Below, in pieces: positions 12,691 through 28,750 of a stretch of 48,274 bases of DNA (positions are counted from its first letter, which is position 1; the number at the start of each line of letters is the position of its first letter). This stretch comes from Parvularia atlantis (lineage: Eukaryota). The DNA lies in the NCBI GenBank assembly GCA_943704415.1, contig CALSCO010000683.1:1-48274 (forward strand), in the 5' to 3' direction. The notes under the pieces are model-generated. The model was not told the DNA's origin. It did not search any database and worked only from the letters and a program-made list of their open reading frames with translations. Position numbers and translations under genes: made by a program.

Positions 12691-13759
12691 ATGCAACGTG
12701 CCGCGCGCCGTCTCAGCCTGCGCCGACCGCGCCCGACCGCCACCGCCGAGGCCGAGCTCGAGGGGCTTTACGCGGCGGACGCGGGCCCTGCCGAGACCGA
12801 CGTGTGGCGCGGACCGCTGCTCACGCCCGGCCTGGACGTGCTTTTGCGCTCGCGCGCGTACCGACGGGCGCTGCTGCGCGAGCCGGCGGCGCTGGCCATT
12901 TACGTCGACAGCGTGCGCACGACGATCAATGCGGCCACGGGCTTCGACCGGATCGACCACTTGAAGGAGCGCGTGCAGACGCTGCGCACCGAATATGCCC
13001 TGGCCGAGCGCCTCGCGCGCGACTGCCGGCGCGCGTGGACGAACCATGTCAAGCACGAGCAGGAGCTGCGCATCCAGGTCAACATGTCGATGCTCAGCTC
13101 GGGCATCCAGCAGCTGCCCGAGATGCTCCGGCACATTGCCGCTGAGCGCGCCGCCGCCGAGCGCGGCATGCTCGACAGCGAGCAGGCGCGCGAGCTTGCG
13201 CACGACGCGTACGAGCACGCCCAAAGCACGCTGTACCTCGAGGAGAAGCTGTACGCGGAGAAGGTGCGCTTGGCCGGCTGCGCACTGCGGCCGGGCCCTG
13301 ACGGCTCTGTGGGCGCAGGTGCGCAACCTGGGCTTTGTCGCGCAGGCGTGCTTGACAGGGCTCAACGTGGTCATCTTCGTCACCAACGTCATGTGGATGA
13401 TGCCCGCGCGCAACCGCCAGATCGCGCACGAGGTCAACGACGCGCTCGGGCCGCTCCTGCGCGAGCAGACGGCCGCGCTTGAGCACGTCTTGACAGCCGC
13501 CCAGCCCGCATCCGCGCCGCCTCAGCCGCCAGCGGCCCAGTCGACGCCAACGCCAGTGCCAAAACAGCCGCCAGCACAGTTGATACCAACAACGCTCGAC
13601 ACCCGGCTCGACGCGCTCGGCGCACAGCTCGACACGCTGTCTGCCCGGCTCGAGCAGCCCGCGGCGCCCTGGTCGGCGGCGATCGCCGGCTCGCTCAGCG
13701 TCGCTGCGCTGGTCGTTGCGGCGTTCGCGCTCGTGCTGCGACAGGCCGCGGGAACGTGA
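12691..13759 (+). CDS. She9/Mdm33-family mitochondrial inner-membrane coiled-coil protein
   Basis: Arg-rich presequence-like N-terminus; INAATGFDRIDHLK and LYLEEKLYAEKVR...GLNVVIF resemble She9 motifs recalled from fungi; two hydrophobic segments; one intron at 13264-13318. Confidence 0.7.
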
Positions 13760-13817
13760 GCAAGAGCAGGGCAAAGTTCTCAAAAGCTAAGGCTACGGCT
13801 ACAAGGGGATAGATGGT

Positions 13818-16800
13818 TCACGATTCGCGACGGTTGCTCCGCCGCCCGCCGTCGGCTCGGTCGGGTGTGGTCGGAATGTTGAAGCTGTCGTACGACGTGA
13901 GCGAGGGCACGACCGGCCCGAACGGCGGTGGCGCAGCCGCAGCGCCCGCGCCTGCCGGTCTGTCGCGCTCAAAGTACGGCTGCGCGCTGTCCTCGGGGAC
14001 GGCGGGTATGAGCGGCTCCACGGGCGAGTTGGACCCGCCCGGGAAACGGCGCGAAAATTTCTTGAGCGACCTGGCAAGGCGTTGGCGGCCAATGTGTGAG
14101 CGTGCGCACGAGCAAGTAAAAGCGGCCACGCACCTCTTCAGGTCGTCGTCGCGGTTCACAAAGTAGACAATCACAAAGACGCCGACGATGACCGTCAGCA
14201 GCACAAGCAGCAGGAGCACGATCAGGATCACGCCGCCGCAAGACAGCGACGGGCCGCCGCAGTCTGCCGCGCGTGCGGGCGCGTGAGCAGCTGTAGAGGG
14301 GGCGCCGGGCGGGCGACGCACTCTGCGGACACGACGCGACGTCGCCGAGGCAGTTGGCCGTTTCGCCGCACCAGTGGCAGCTGCCGATCGTGCCGCACTC
14401 GTCCGCCGAGCTCGCGCTGTAGCACGCCTGCTCGAAGCTGTACGTCGCGTCCGAGATGCCGCGGCCGCCCGAGGTGGTCGTAACGATGACCGAGCCGTTG
14501 ATCTGCCCCTGGACCGTGGGCGTGACGCATGTGATGTGTCCCGACGAGATGTACACGAGCGAGTAACGGCACGACACGCCCGCGACTTGCACGTCTAGGA
14601 CGTCGTCGGCCGAGAACCCGAGGTCCTGCCAGCGCGCGCGCACCGTGAGCACGCGCTCACGCTCACGGCGCAGCCCGCGCACCTGGCCGTAGATCTGCAG
14701 CAGCGTGAAGCCGTTGTTCGGGCCCGACGGCGGCGACACCGAGCGGACGGCGGGCAGTGGGTTGTACTGGAAGCGCGTCACGGACGCGTCCACGCCCGTC
14801 CCGGCCGAGCGCGTCGTGACCGTGATCGTGCTGCTCTCGCCCGAGCTGCCGCCGTCGGGGTCCTTGGGCGGCAGCACGCACGACACGGTCGAGCTGTTGT
14901 AGTACGTGAACGTGTCAAAACAGCTTGCCGCGTCCACGGCCACGTCGAGCACGTCATTGCGGTTGAAGCCCAGGCCGTCGCCGTAGATGAACAGGAGCAC
15001 GCCGCCAGACTGCGGGCCGCTCACGGGCGAGACGCTGCGCGTGGTCGGCGGCTCGTTGTAGGTGTAAAGCGTGCGGTTGCGGTCGGCCGGGTTGACCGAG
15101 CCCGTGCTGCGCGTCTCGATTAGCACGGCATCGCGCCGCGGCGACGGCGCGCGGCTGGTGGTGCAGTTGACGCGGCCCTGGTTGATGTAGACCGTGTTGT
15201 TGCAGGTCACGCCTAACGCACGCGCGCGCGACGCGTCATCAGTGCACTGCCCGGCCACGCACCGCAGCACGCACCGGCCACCGTCACGGCGATGATGTCG
15301 TCCAGCCCGCTGCCGAAATAGCTGCCCGAGATCGTCACAAACGTGCCGCCGCCCACGGGCCCGTTGGTCGGCGTGATCGACGTGACCTGCGGCGGCAGAT
15401 TGTAGATGAAGCTGGCCTCGCTCCGGCCGACCGCGCCGTACAGCTTCTCGACCACGACTGTACCGCGCGTCTGCCGCGGAGCACGTCAGCGCGTGGCTCA
15501 CCGCAACGCTCGTGCGTGCGCGCACCGGCACCGGCGACGCGCCCGTGACGCAGATCATCTGACTTGGGCTAATCACGTTGAAGGTGGCGCACTGCACTCG
15601 CAGCTCCGACCCCAGCTCGATGCGGACGTGCAGCACGTCGGCGTTGCTCGAGCCAAAGTCTAGCGCATCGCAGCCGCCTCAGCTCGGCGGCGCGCGACGC
15701 GGAAACGCGCACCGCTGCCGGTGAGCGTGATCGACGTGCCGCCGGCCTGCGGGCCAGACTCTGGCGAGATGGAGCTAATGACCGGCACTGCGCAGCGCTG
15801 CGTGAGCGGGGCTGCCGGTGCAGACGGGGCGCGCGAGGTGCACCCGGCACGTAGGTGAACTGGACGTCGGAGCCGGACCGGCCCGACTGCGGCAGCGTCG
15901 CCACGACCGCGTACATCCCGGCCTGCGCACTCGGCACGTTGGGCAGCGTGCAGTTGATCTGGCCCTGCAGTCGCAGCGGCACGGGGTTGCTGCACGGGTA
16001 CTCGACGCCGGCTGGGCGCGCGCCCGCGTCAGCAGGCGGCGCCAGCGCACAGACAGCGCACGCACCGCCGCTGACAAACAGGATCATGGCCACCGAGTTG
16101 AACGGCGCCGCGCCAAACAGGCCCGTGCCCGTGAGAAGCACGGGGATGTTGCCGCTGACGGGCCCGATGGCGGGCTCCACGCCGAGCACGACGGGCGCTG
16201 TGCGTGGGCGCCAGCGTGAGCACCCACACGCACGCGGCTGCTGAGCCGGCACGCACGCGCGTTGTACGTGTACGTCAGGTCCTCACCGCTGCTGCTGCCG
16301 CCGCCAACTGTCGTGACGACGACGGGCCCGGATGTCTGCGCGCTCGCGATCAGCCGCCATGCGCGGGCTCCGCTGGCCACACGCACCGGCTCTGCCGCGG
16401 CACCCGAGACGCACTGCACGAGCTGCGACGACTGCCACAGCACGGACGTGCAGTCGACGCCGGCGAGCGTCACGCTGGAAACTTCCGCCGCATACTCGCC
16501 CAGGTTGTCGCCTGCGTCACGCGCGTGGGCACCAGGGGGGCAACGCGGCGGCAGACAGGGCACGCACCGGTTATGTTGACGAACGTGCCGCCGGCGCGCG
16601 GCCCGTTGTCAGGGCTGACGCTGTCGATGATGGGCGGGAGCGCGACGTAGGTGTACTCGTCCGTGCTGTTGGCCTCAGCGCCCGTGCGCAGCCGGACGGT
16701 CACAATGCCGCTCGTGCCCGCCTCGACCGCGCCCGTCCTGCACTCGATCGTCGTATCGTTGCTGACACGCGCCTCCTTGCAGGGCACGCTCGCGATGAGC

Positions 16801-17108
16801 ACCGCCTCCAGCTGCAGCGTCGAGCCGAAGCCTGGGTGGGCGAGGGCGCTGAGTGTGATGCCTGCGCCGCGTCAGGTGCGCACGCACCCGTGCCGCGGAC
16901 GCTCAGCGCGGTGCCGCCCGCGATCGTGCCCTGCGTCGGCGCGAAAGACGAGACGGCGACTGCGCACGAGGGGCCGGTGAGCGCCGGCGAGCAAGCGGCC
17001 GCGCAGGGGGGGGGGGGGGGGGGGGGGGGGGGGCCGAAACGCACGCTGTGCGCGGACGGTGACAGCGGCCGCGGCCACAACGGCAAGGCACGCGATCACC
17101 GCGCGCAT
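13818..17108 (-). CDS. Type I membrane protein: signal peptide, 7 IPT/TIG repeats, PSI-like Cys knot, TM, ~80-aa cytoplasmic tail
   Basis: Seven PxIxSIxPxxGPxxGGTxxxIxG starts (e.g. PQVTSITPTNGPVGGGTFVTISG); CYSASSADECGTIGSCHWCGETANC; TM ILIVLLLLVLLTVIVGVFVIVYFV. Confidence 0.85.
17006..17033. repeat. G28 homopolymer inside the first intron of the IPT gene
   Basis: Direct count of the G run; lies between a GTGCG donor and a CGCAG acceptor on the minus strand. Confidence 0.9.
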
Positions 17109-17154
17109 CGCCGTGGTGATCTAAGCGTAACTGTGCATGCAACACGTATACACA

Positions 17155-17821
17155 CTACGCGATGCTCGTCTTCACGTGCCGCTCGAGCGCCGCGAACGGG
17201 TCGGCGCGGAACGCGGCGCTCTGGAGGATGCGCTGGAAATGCGCGGCCTCGGCAATGCTGCGTGTGGCGCGTCAGCGGTGCACGCGTGCTGAGGCACGAA
17301 CGCTCACCTCACCGCGTTTCGCCCACGTCGCGTCGCCACCCGCCGCCCGCCCGCGACGCCCGCCTTGGCCGCCTGCTGCGCGCGCGGGGCGGTGCTCGGC
17401 GCCTTGGCAGTAGCAGCGCCCGCGTCCGCGCCGTCCTCGGGCTCGTCCGGCAGCGCGCTCGCGACGTCTGACAGCGTGCCGAACGGCCCCTCCTTGGCGC
17501 GCTTGGCGCGCTGCGCCGCCTCACCGTCGCGCTGCACGGCCTCCTTGAGCCCTGCGCGCGGTGCGCGTTGGCCAGGCACGGCGCGCGGGCGCACGGGCGT
17601 ACGCACGGTTCAGCAGCTGGTCGCGCCGCAGCCGCTGCCGTTGCTTCTTGTCGCTCTTGGGCACGCGCGCGCTCTGCGCCCCGCGGCCCGCATGAGCCTG
17701 TGCGCCGGAGCATGCGTGTAGCACCCACCCGCTTCGTCACCGCGCCCGCCGCGCCCGCCGTGCCCGCCGTGCCCGCCGTGCCCGCCGTGCGCTTCTCGGC
17801 TCGCGCGCGCATGCGGGCCAT
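17155..17821 (-). CDS. Slx9/FAM207A-like ribosome biogenesis protein
   Basis: Small basic protein with KKQRQRLRRDQLL and C-terminal FQRILQSAAFRADPFAALERHV, matching the Slx9 family pattern from memory. Confidence 0.65.
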
Positions 17822-17929
17822 GTCCGAGCAATGCCCGCGAACGGCGAACAATGACACTTCATTGCTGGTCGCCGGACCGACCCGTCCCACACGCTCCAAA
17901 CCGCGCCGCAGACCGGTCGAGCGCACGCC

Positions 17930-22483
<4,554 letters not shown>

Positions 22484-22612
22484 AGCAATATCTTCGTTGG
22501 GGCGAGCGAAGCTGTGGAGTCTGAAATTGTCTGTGTGTGTGTGAACTACGACGCCGCTGCCTGGCTATGTACAACGCCTTTAGGATGAAGACAGTAAGTT
22601 GCAGATCGATTG

Positions 22613-23698
22613 ATGCGCCGATCAGTCGCACTGCTGCGCCGCACATCCACAACGATGGCCAGCAGCGGTGCCGAGCCGGCCGACGTGGTGCAGCGGCAGC
22701 AGGAGCTCGCGGCCAACCTGGCGGCGATGCGGGCGCGCGTGGAGGCCGCGGCCGGCGGGCGCCCGGTGCGGCTCGTCGCTGTGAGCAAGACCAAGCCCGT
22801 GGCCGACGTGCTCGCGGCGTACGCATGCGGCCAGCGCGACTTTGGCGAGAACTACATCCAGGAGCTGGTCGACAAGGCGTCGGCGGTGCGTACGACGGCG
22901 ATCGCGCGTGAGCTGGCCGCCTGACACGCGCGCGACGCAGCTCCCGCGCGACATCCGCTGGCGGTTCATCGGTCATCTCCAGTCCAACAAGGCCAAGCTG
23001 CTCGCCGCGGTCGACAACCTGGCCGCGGTCGAGACGATCGACTCGGCGCGCCTGGCAACGCTCGTCGACAAGGCGTGGGGCGCGCGTGCCGATCGCGCTG
23101 CGCCGCTAGATGTGCTCGCACAGGTCAACACGAGCCGCGAGGAGAGTGCGTGCCGCGCAAACGTCCGCTCGTCTGCCGCGCTGAGCGCACGCGCGCTCAG
23201 ACAAGCACGGCTTGCTGCCGGACGAGTGCGTCGCGCTCGTGCGGCACATCCGCGACACATGCTCGCACCTGCGCTTCCGCGGGCTCATGACGATCGGCGA
23301 GTACGCCCAGTCGGTCGCGGTCGTGCACGACGCCGACCACCCCAACCCGGACTTTGTCGTTGCGTCGGCCGCGGGCCGCCCTGGACGGCGCGATGGCTGA
23401 CGGGGAGACGGGGCGCGCAGACGTTGCTCGAGTGCCGCGACCGCGTTGTGCGCGAGCTCGGCATCGCCACCAACGAGATCGAGCTGAGCATGGGCATGTC
23501 GCACGACTTTGAGCACGCCGTGCGTCCGCGCCGTGCCGTGCCACGCCGCACCGCCTTACCGCGCTCAGCTGACCGACCTAGATACGCATGGGCAGCAGCA
23601 ACGTGCGTGTGGGCTCGAGCATCTTTGGCGCGCGGCAGTACGACGAGGGCAAGACGCCCGAGGACGTGCACAAGCAGCGGACCGGCGGCGCCGTGTGA
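22613..23698 (+). CDS. PLPBP: PLP homeostasis protein (YggS/PROSC); second in-frame ATG at 22655
   Basis: LVAVSKTKP (PLP lysine), [34 protein letters not shown] and VRVGSSIFG. Confidence 0.95.
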
Positions 23699-23744
23699 GG
23701 GCGTCTGTTGACGCAGATACCAGCAAGGACATGCAGCGTCGCGG

Positions 23745-26370
23745 TCACAGACGCGCGGGGCCAAGCGCAAGCGCGTAGTCTGCGCGCAGACGTGTCACTG
23801 GCACGCGCATGCGGCACAGCGGTGGCGCCCGCACCGTCACGCCGCACGCTGTCGTCGCGCAACGTCAGGCCGAGCGCGTGCGGCGTGATGTGCGTGAGCC
23901 AGCGCTTGGCAGCGATCGCGTCGTCGGGGCTCTGTGGGTGCGCGCGGTGTCAGGGACGAGCGAGCCACGCTGCGTCGCGCCTTTGTGTGCGACGCGTGCT
24001 CGACCAGCAGCGCGGCGCAGTACGTGCGCGCCAGGGCGTAGGCGAGCTGGCGGGCGCCGGCCTCGACCGACTCGCGGCTGCGATGCCACGCCGACGGTCA
24101 GCGACGCCCGCCGCAGCAGACGAGCGCGCGCACCTGAGCGACGTCGCCTGCGCGATGTACGAGCGGATGTGCTGCACGGCGTCAGTCACGGCCTTCTTGT
24201 CGACGCTGGACGCGGCGGCAGCCTGGGCGAGCAGCGTGTCGATGCGCTGCAAGGTGATGCAAACCGTGTCAGCAGATGCGACTCAGTTGTCAGGGCGCGC
24301 ACGCACCTTGGCGTAGAGGTCCAGCGACGCCGCCGAGCCCGAGAAGACGCGCAGGACGTCGAGCGAGAGGATGTTGGTCGTGCCCTCCCAGATGCTGTTG
24401 ACGAACGTGTCGCGCAGGATGCGCGGCACGCCCGTATCCTCAATGTAGCCCTGCGCGCACGGCGGCTCCGGCTGAGCGCGCGCCACGGGACGCCGACGTA
24501 CGGTGCGCACCTGGCCGCCGAGCGCCTCCATGCACTCGGAGATGACGGCGATCGACTGCTTGGCCGTGTACAGCTTGAGGATCGGCGTGAGCAGGCGCAG
24601 CATGCCGTCGTCGTCCTTGGTCGCTGAGTTGGTCTCGCTGGGCGCGGCGGGGCGTGAGCGTCTGTCTGCCGCCCGTGCGCGTGTGCGACCAACGCACGTC
24701 TTGCCCAGGAGGTGCGCGACGTCGAACGAGAACAGCTCGACGGCGCGCGTTTCGAGCTCGATTGCCGCGAGAGTTGACACGTGCAGCGGGTGGCTGGTGA
24801 GGCGCTGGCCAAACGCCTGCGGCCACGCGCTCAGCGTTGTCGCTGTGCTGCGGGCACACGAACGGGCGCACTTCGCGCCGCGTGGCGTAATCGCGCGCGA
24901 TGTTGACCGCGCGCCGCATGCCGGCAGCGCAGGTGATGCCGGCCCAGATGCGCGTGACGTTGAGGATCGTCGCGATCGTCGGCACGCCGCGGCCCTCCTT
25001 GCCGACGAGCGTCGCGACCATGTTGTCCAGCTCAAGCTGCACGCGGTGCCGCTGAGCTGCTAGGACGCACTTATGTGCCTGCACGCAAGCGCACCTCGGC
25101 CGTCGGCAGCGCCTTGGTGCCAAACTTGTTCTTGAGGCGCTGGATGCGGATGCCGTTGAGCTGCTTGTTCTCGTCGCGCACCTACAGCACGCGCGTCGTG
25201 AGCGGCAGGCGCATCGGCCCGGTGGCCAGGCCCGTACGCGCGCGAAGAAAAGCGACAGGCCCTTGCTGCCCTCGACCACATGGCCGCTCTCGTCGCGCGT
25301 GCGCGCGAGCAGGAGCGTGATGTCCGAGTCGGTCGCGCTGCTGAACCACTTGAAGCCGCTGATGACCCATGTGCCGTCGGCTAACCCCGTGTGTGTGTGT
25401 GTGTGCGCGCGCGCGCGTCAGTGCCACCCATGTGCCGGTCGCGCAGCCGCGCGCGCGCGCGGACGCACGGCGCCGCACGGCCTGGGTCTCGGTGCGGCCG
25501 ACGTCGCTGCCGCCCGGGCGCTCGGTCATCCACCTGCGGCGCGCGTCGCGCTGAGCGACGGCTGCGCGTCGCGACGGCGTGCGCACTGGCCCGATGTCCA
25601 GAACTGCTTGGGGTCGCGCGTGATCAAGTGCGGCAGGACCTCGCCTGCGGTGACATTGGGTCAACCTAGCACGCGTCGGCGCCCCCCCCCCCCCCCCCCC
25701 CCCGCACGCACGCTTCAGCCGGTCATCGTCCGACAGCTCGATCAGGCGGGCGGCGCCGTCGGTCATGGCCAGCGGGCAGCCGTAGGTGGCCGTGGTCGGC
25801 GTCCAAATCATCAGCTTGGCGATCTGGTAGATGCGGCTGAACGCGCCGTACTTGCGCTCGTACGCGGTCGCGACGAGACCCTCGGCTGCACTCACGTCGT
25901 GCTGCACGCGCCCCACAGACGTCATTAGCCTGGCGCACCGCCCGCGCGCCGCGCCCGCACCAGCCGGCGCCAGCCGTCCGCCGTCACCAGCCGGTCGACG
26001 CGGCGCCCGAACGCGTCAAACTGTTCCACGCGCGGCTGGTTGAGCTCAGCGTCGTCGCCGTAGGCCTTGTACTCGCCCAGCGAGGCGTCGCTCAGGCGGC
26101 GCAGGTCGGCAACGACGGCGGCATGGTGCTCGGGTGGGCAGTGCTGGCGGCGGCGGCGCGCCGTGTCAGGGCAAGGCCGCTGAGCTGGGGTCGGCGACGA
26201 CGCACGCGCTTGATCACGGCCGCGAGCACGGGGTCGTCGTCAAACTGGTTGCCCAGCTGGAACGGCGTCTGCAGGAAGCCCGTGCGCGACGAGGCAAACT
26301 CGGGCGCCGGCACAGACATCACGGGGCGCGACGCGGCGGACGCACTGAGACGACGAACGGACAGGCGCAT
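23745..26370 (-). CDS. Acyl-CoA dehydrogenase (AidB/acdh-11-like) with predicted C-terminal PTS1 (ARL)
   Basis: [65 protein letters not shown] and [12 protein letters not shown]. Confidence 0.92.
25682..25703. repeat. C22 homopolymer (G22 on the transcribed strand) in an intron of the acyl-CoA dehydrogenase
   Basis: Direct count; follows a GTGCGT donor on the minus strand. Confidence 0.9.
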
Positions 26371-26488
26371 AGGCCCTAAGCCTGCGTCCCAGCTGAAAGT
26401 TGAAAGCACAACGTAGTCCGCACGCAGCTCCCCCGCTCTCTTCGTGCTCGCTGACTCGCCGTCCTCGGCGCGAGCCGCAGGAGGCGCC

Positions 26489-27034
26489 ATGGCCAGCGTG
26501 GACGAGCTTGCCGTGCGCGCGCTGCTACGCGAGCTCCAGCGCGAGATCGCGGCCGCGCCCAAGCTCATCGGCACGCTCGCGGGCATCTTCCAGGTGCGGC
26601 CGCGCACACACGCCGTCGCACGCTCACGGTCAAGCCGGCGCGCACGCGGCAGGTCAACATCGAGGTGCACGGCAAGCCGATCGGCACCTGGCACATGATC
26701 CTCGCCGGCCAGGCCAGGCCGCCCGTGTTTGGCGACGGCAGGCCGCCGGGCAAGGCCGACGTGGTCATGACGCTCGAGGAGAACGTGCGCTGCCCGTATT
26801 GGAGCACAGACTCGGCGAGCTGACCTAGCCGCGCAGGACCTGATCAAGCTCATCTCGGGCGGCCTGAGCGGGCGCAAGGCCGTCTCGCAAAAGCTCGTGC
26901 GCATCAAGGGTGACTACGCGCTCGCGCAGGACATGGAGGCACTGTTCGTCAAGGCGGGCGGCCCGGCCAAGGCCGAGCGCTTCATCCGCCTGAACCCGTC
27001 GCTGTTCCAGCGCGTCGCACCAGCCAAGCTGTGA
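26489..27034 (+). CDS. SCP2 sterol-carrier-domain protein with PTS1 (AKL)
   Basis: GIFQ|VNIE...GTWHMIL...KADVVMTLEEN|DLIKLISGGLSGRKAVSQKLVRIKGDYALAQ is the SCP2 fold pattern; ends PAKL*. Confidence 0.85.
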
Positions 27035-27077
27035 TAAGCTCGCTCTCTCCTGTACATCGCAGCGCCCTCCCCGTCGA

Positions 27078-28735
27078 TCAGTACGCGTCCGGCAGCGGGC
27101 GCGACACTTCGTCCTGTACCAGCCGGCTGAACGCCGCGTCGTCCGCGAGCACGTCCTCGGACCAATCCCAGCCGTACCCGTTGGTGAGCAGCCCGGTCAG
27201 CGACACGCCCAGCGCCGACGCCATGGCCTGGTCGAGCCAGTGCATGACCGACATGCCACTGACGTCGTAGATGACCTTGTTGGTCACCCGCAACCGCGCC
27301 CACCACCTGCGGGGCGCACGTGCGCGCGCGCGCGAGGTCGGACGGCCATGACGAGGGCAGGTTTCCGCGCGTGCCACGCACTGCGGGCCCGAGACCGGGT
27401 TGCACATCTGGTAGAACGCCATCGGGTCCGGCTCACCGCGCCCCTGCCGCACCGGGTCGAGGTTGTACACGAAGACGAGCGAGCGGCGCACGGCATCGGC
27501 CGTGGCGCCTGTGTGCGTGCGCGCGCGGGAGCGGGGGATCAGCCGTGCCGCGACACGCACGGCCGCAGCACGCACCGGCCGCGCACGCGTACACGCCGCT
27601 GGGCAGGAACACCTGCAGCTGGCCGGCCGGGCTCTCGCTGATGTAGTGCTGCGCATTGGGCAGGCCCGCCATGGGGAAGTTGATGCCGCCGCCGTCGGCC
27701 ACGTCGTTGAGGAACAGCGCCGCGGTCACGAGCTGGTTAATGCCGCGCGCGAGGCCCGCAAACGCCGGCGTGTCGCCCTTGTGCATAAAGTCGCTGCGGG
27801 CCAGCGGCCGGTCACGACAGCCGCACACACGACGGCCAGCGAGCACGGCGCACCGCTCCGGGGCCACGGTGCCCTTGCTGCGTGTCTGGCGCGCGCGCCG
27901 CATGACCACGAAGCCGTCGTGCATCTCCATCAGCCGCGGCGGCAGGCGCAGGAGGTCGCCGATACGGTCTGCCACGTCGCTCGTCACCTGATCGTCGGCC
28001 GCGGGGACGTGCTTGGCCTCGTTGAGCATGTAGTACTTGGCTGCACGTCGCTCAGTGGCGGCGGTGCGCGCGTGTGTATCGAGCCCCACGCACGCGTATC
28101 CGAGATGTTGCTCAGTTTCTTGATCGCCTCGGTCTCGGCGTCGGTGAGGAAGTCGAGCACCCGAAAGGCCTGGCCGCGCGTTCGACAGGGTTGAGCGGCG
28201 CGCGTACCAGGCCGCCGAGGGCGCACCCGCGGGCGCGTTGAGACGGTGCGGACGACGAACGACTGGCCGCCGGCGACCGTGACCGTGCGCTCGTAGCCCA
28301 CGTGGAAGGGCGGGTAGACAAAGACGTCGCCGCGGCGGACGAGCACGAGCGAGCCGTGCGAGAGGCGGAGGCACTCGCGCACGTCGCGCACGAGCCGCCC
28401 GTCAACGGGGTCGTGCAGGTCGAACACAAACGACACGCCGTCGTCGTCCAGCAGCCCCAGGCGGTGCGCGACGGCCGTCACGGACGCGTTGAGCCGCGCC
28501 GCGTTGGCCTCGTGCAGCTCGACGTAGAACTGCGGCCCAGCTGCGCGCGCACACGTGCATCAGCGGCGCAGGCGCAGGCGTGGGCGCGGGCGCGCGCACG
28601 GTCGCCGTTCGGGATGAACCGGCAGATCAGCCGCGCGGGTGCGCTGGCGCGGGCGCCGCACGCAACCAGCACGGCCGCCAGCAGCGTGCCGAGGACCGCT
28701 GGCGCGGCGGCAGCTGTGAGGAGCCGGCGTGGCAT
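27078..28735 (-). CDS. Secreted prolyl-4-hydroxylase-like (2OG-Fe fold) protein, apparently lacking the catalytic His residues
   Basis: Signal peptide MPRRLLTAAAAPAVLGTLLAAVLVACGA; VRTVSTRPR|AFRVLDFLTDAE, VADRIGDLLRLP and TAALFLNDVADGGGINFP are P4H-family motifs. Confidence 0.72.
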
Positions 28736-28750
28736 CGAGATTCGACCGCC

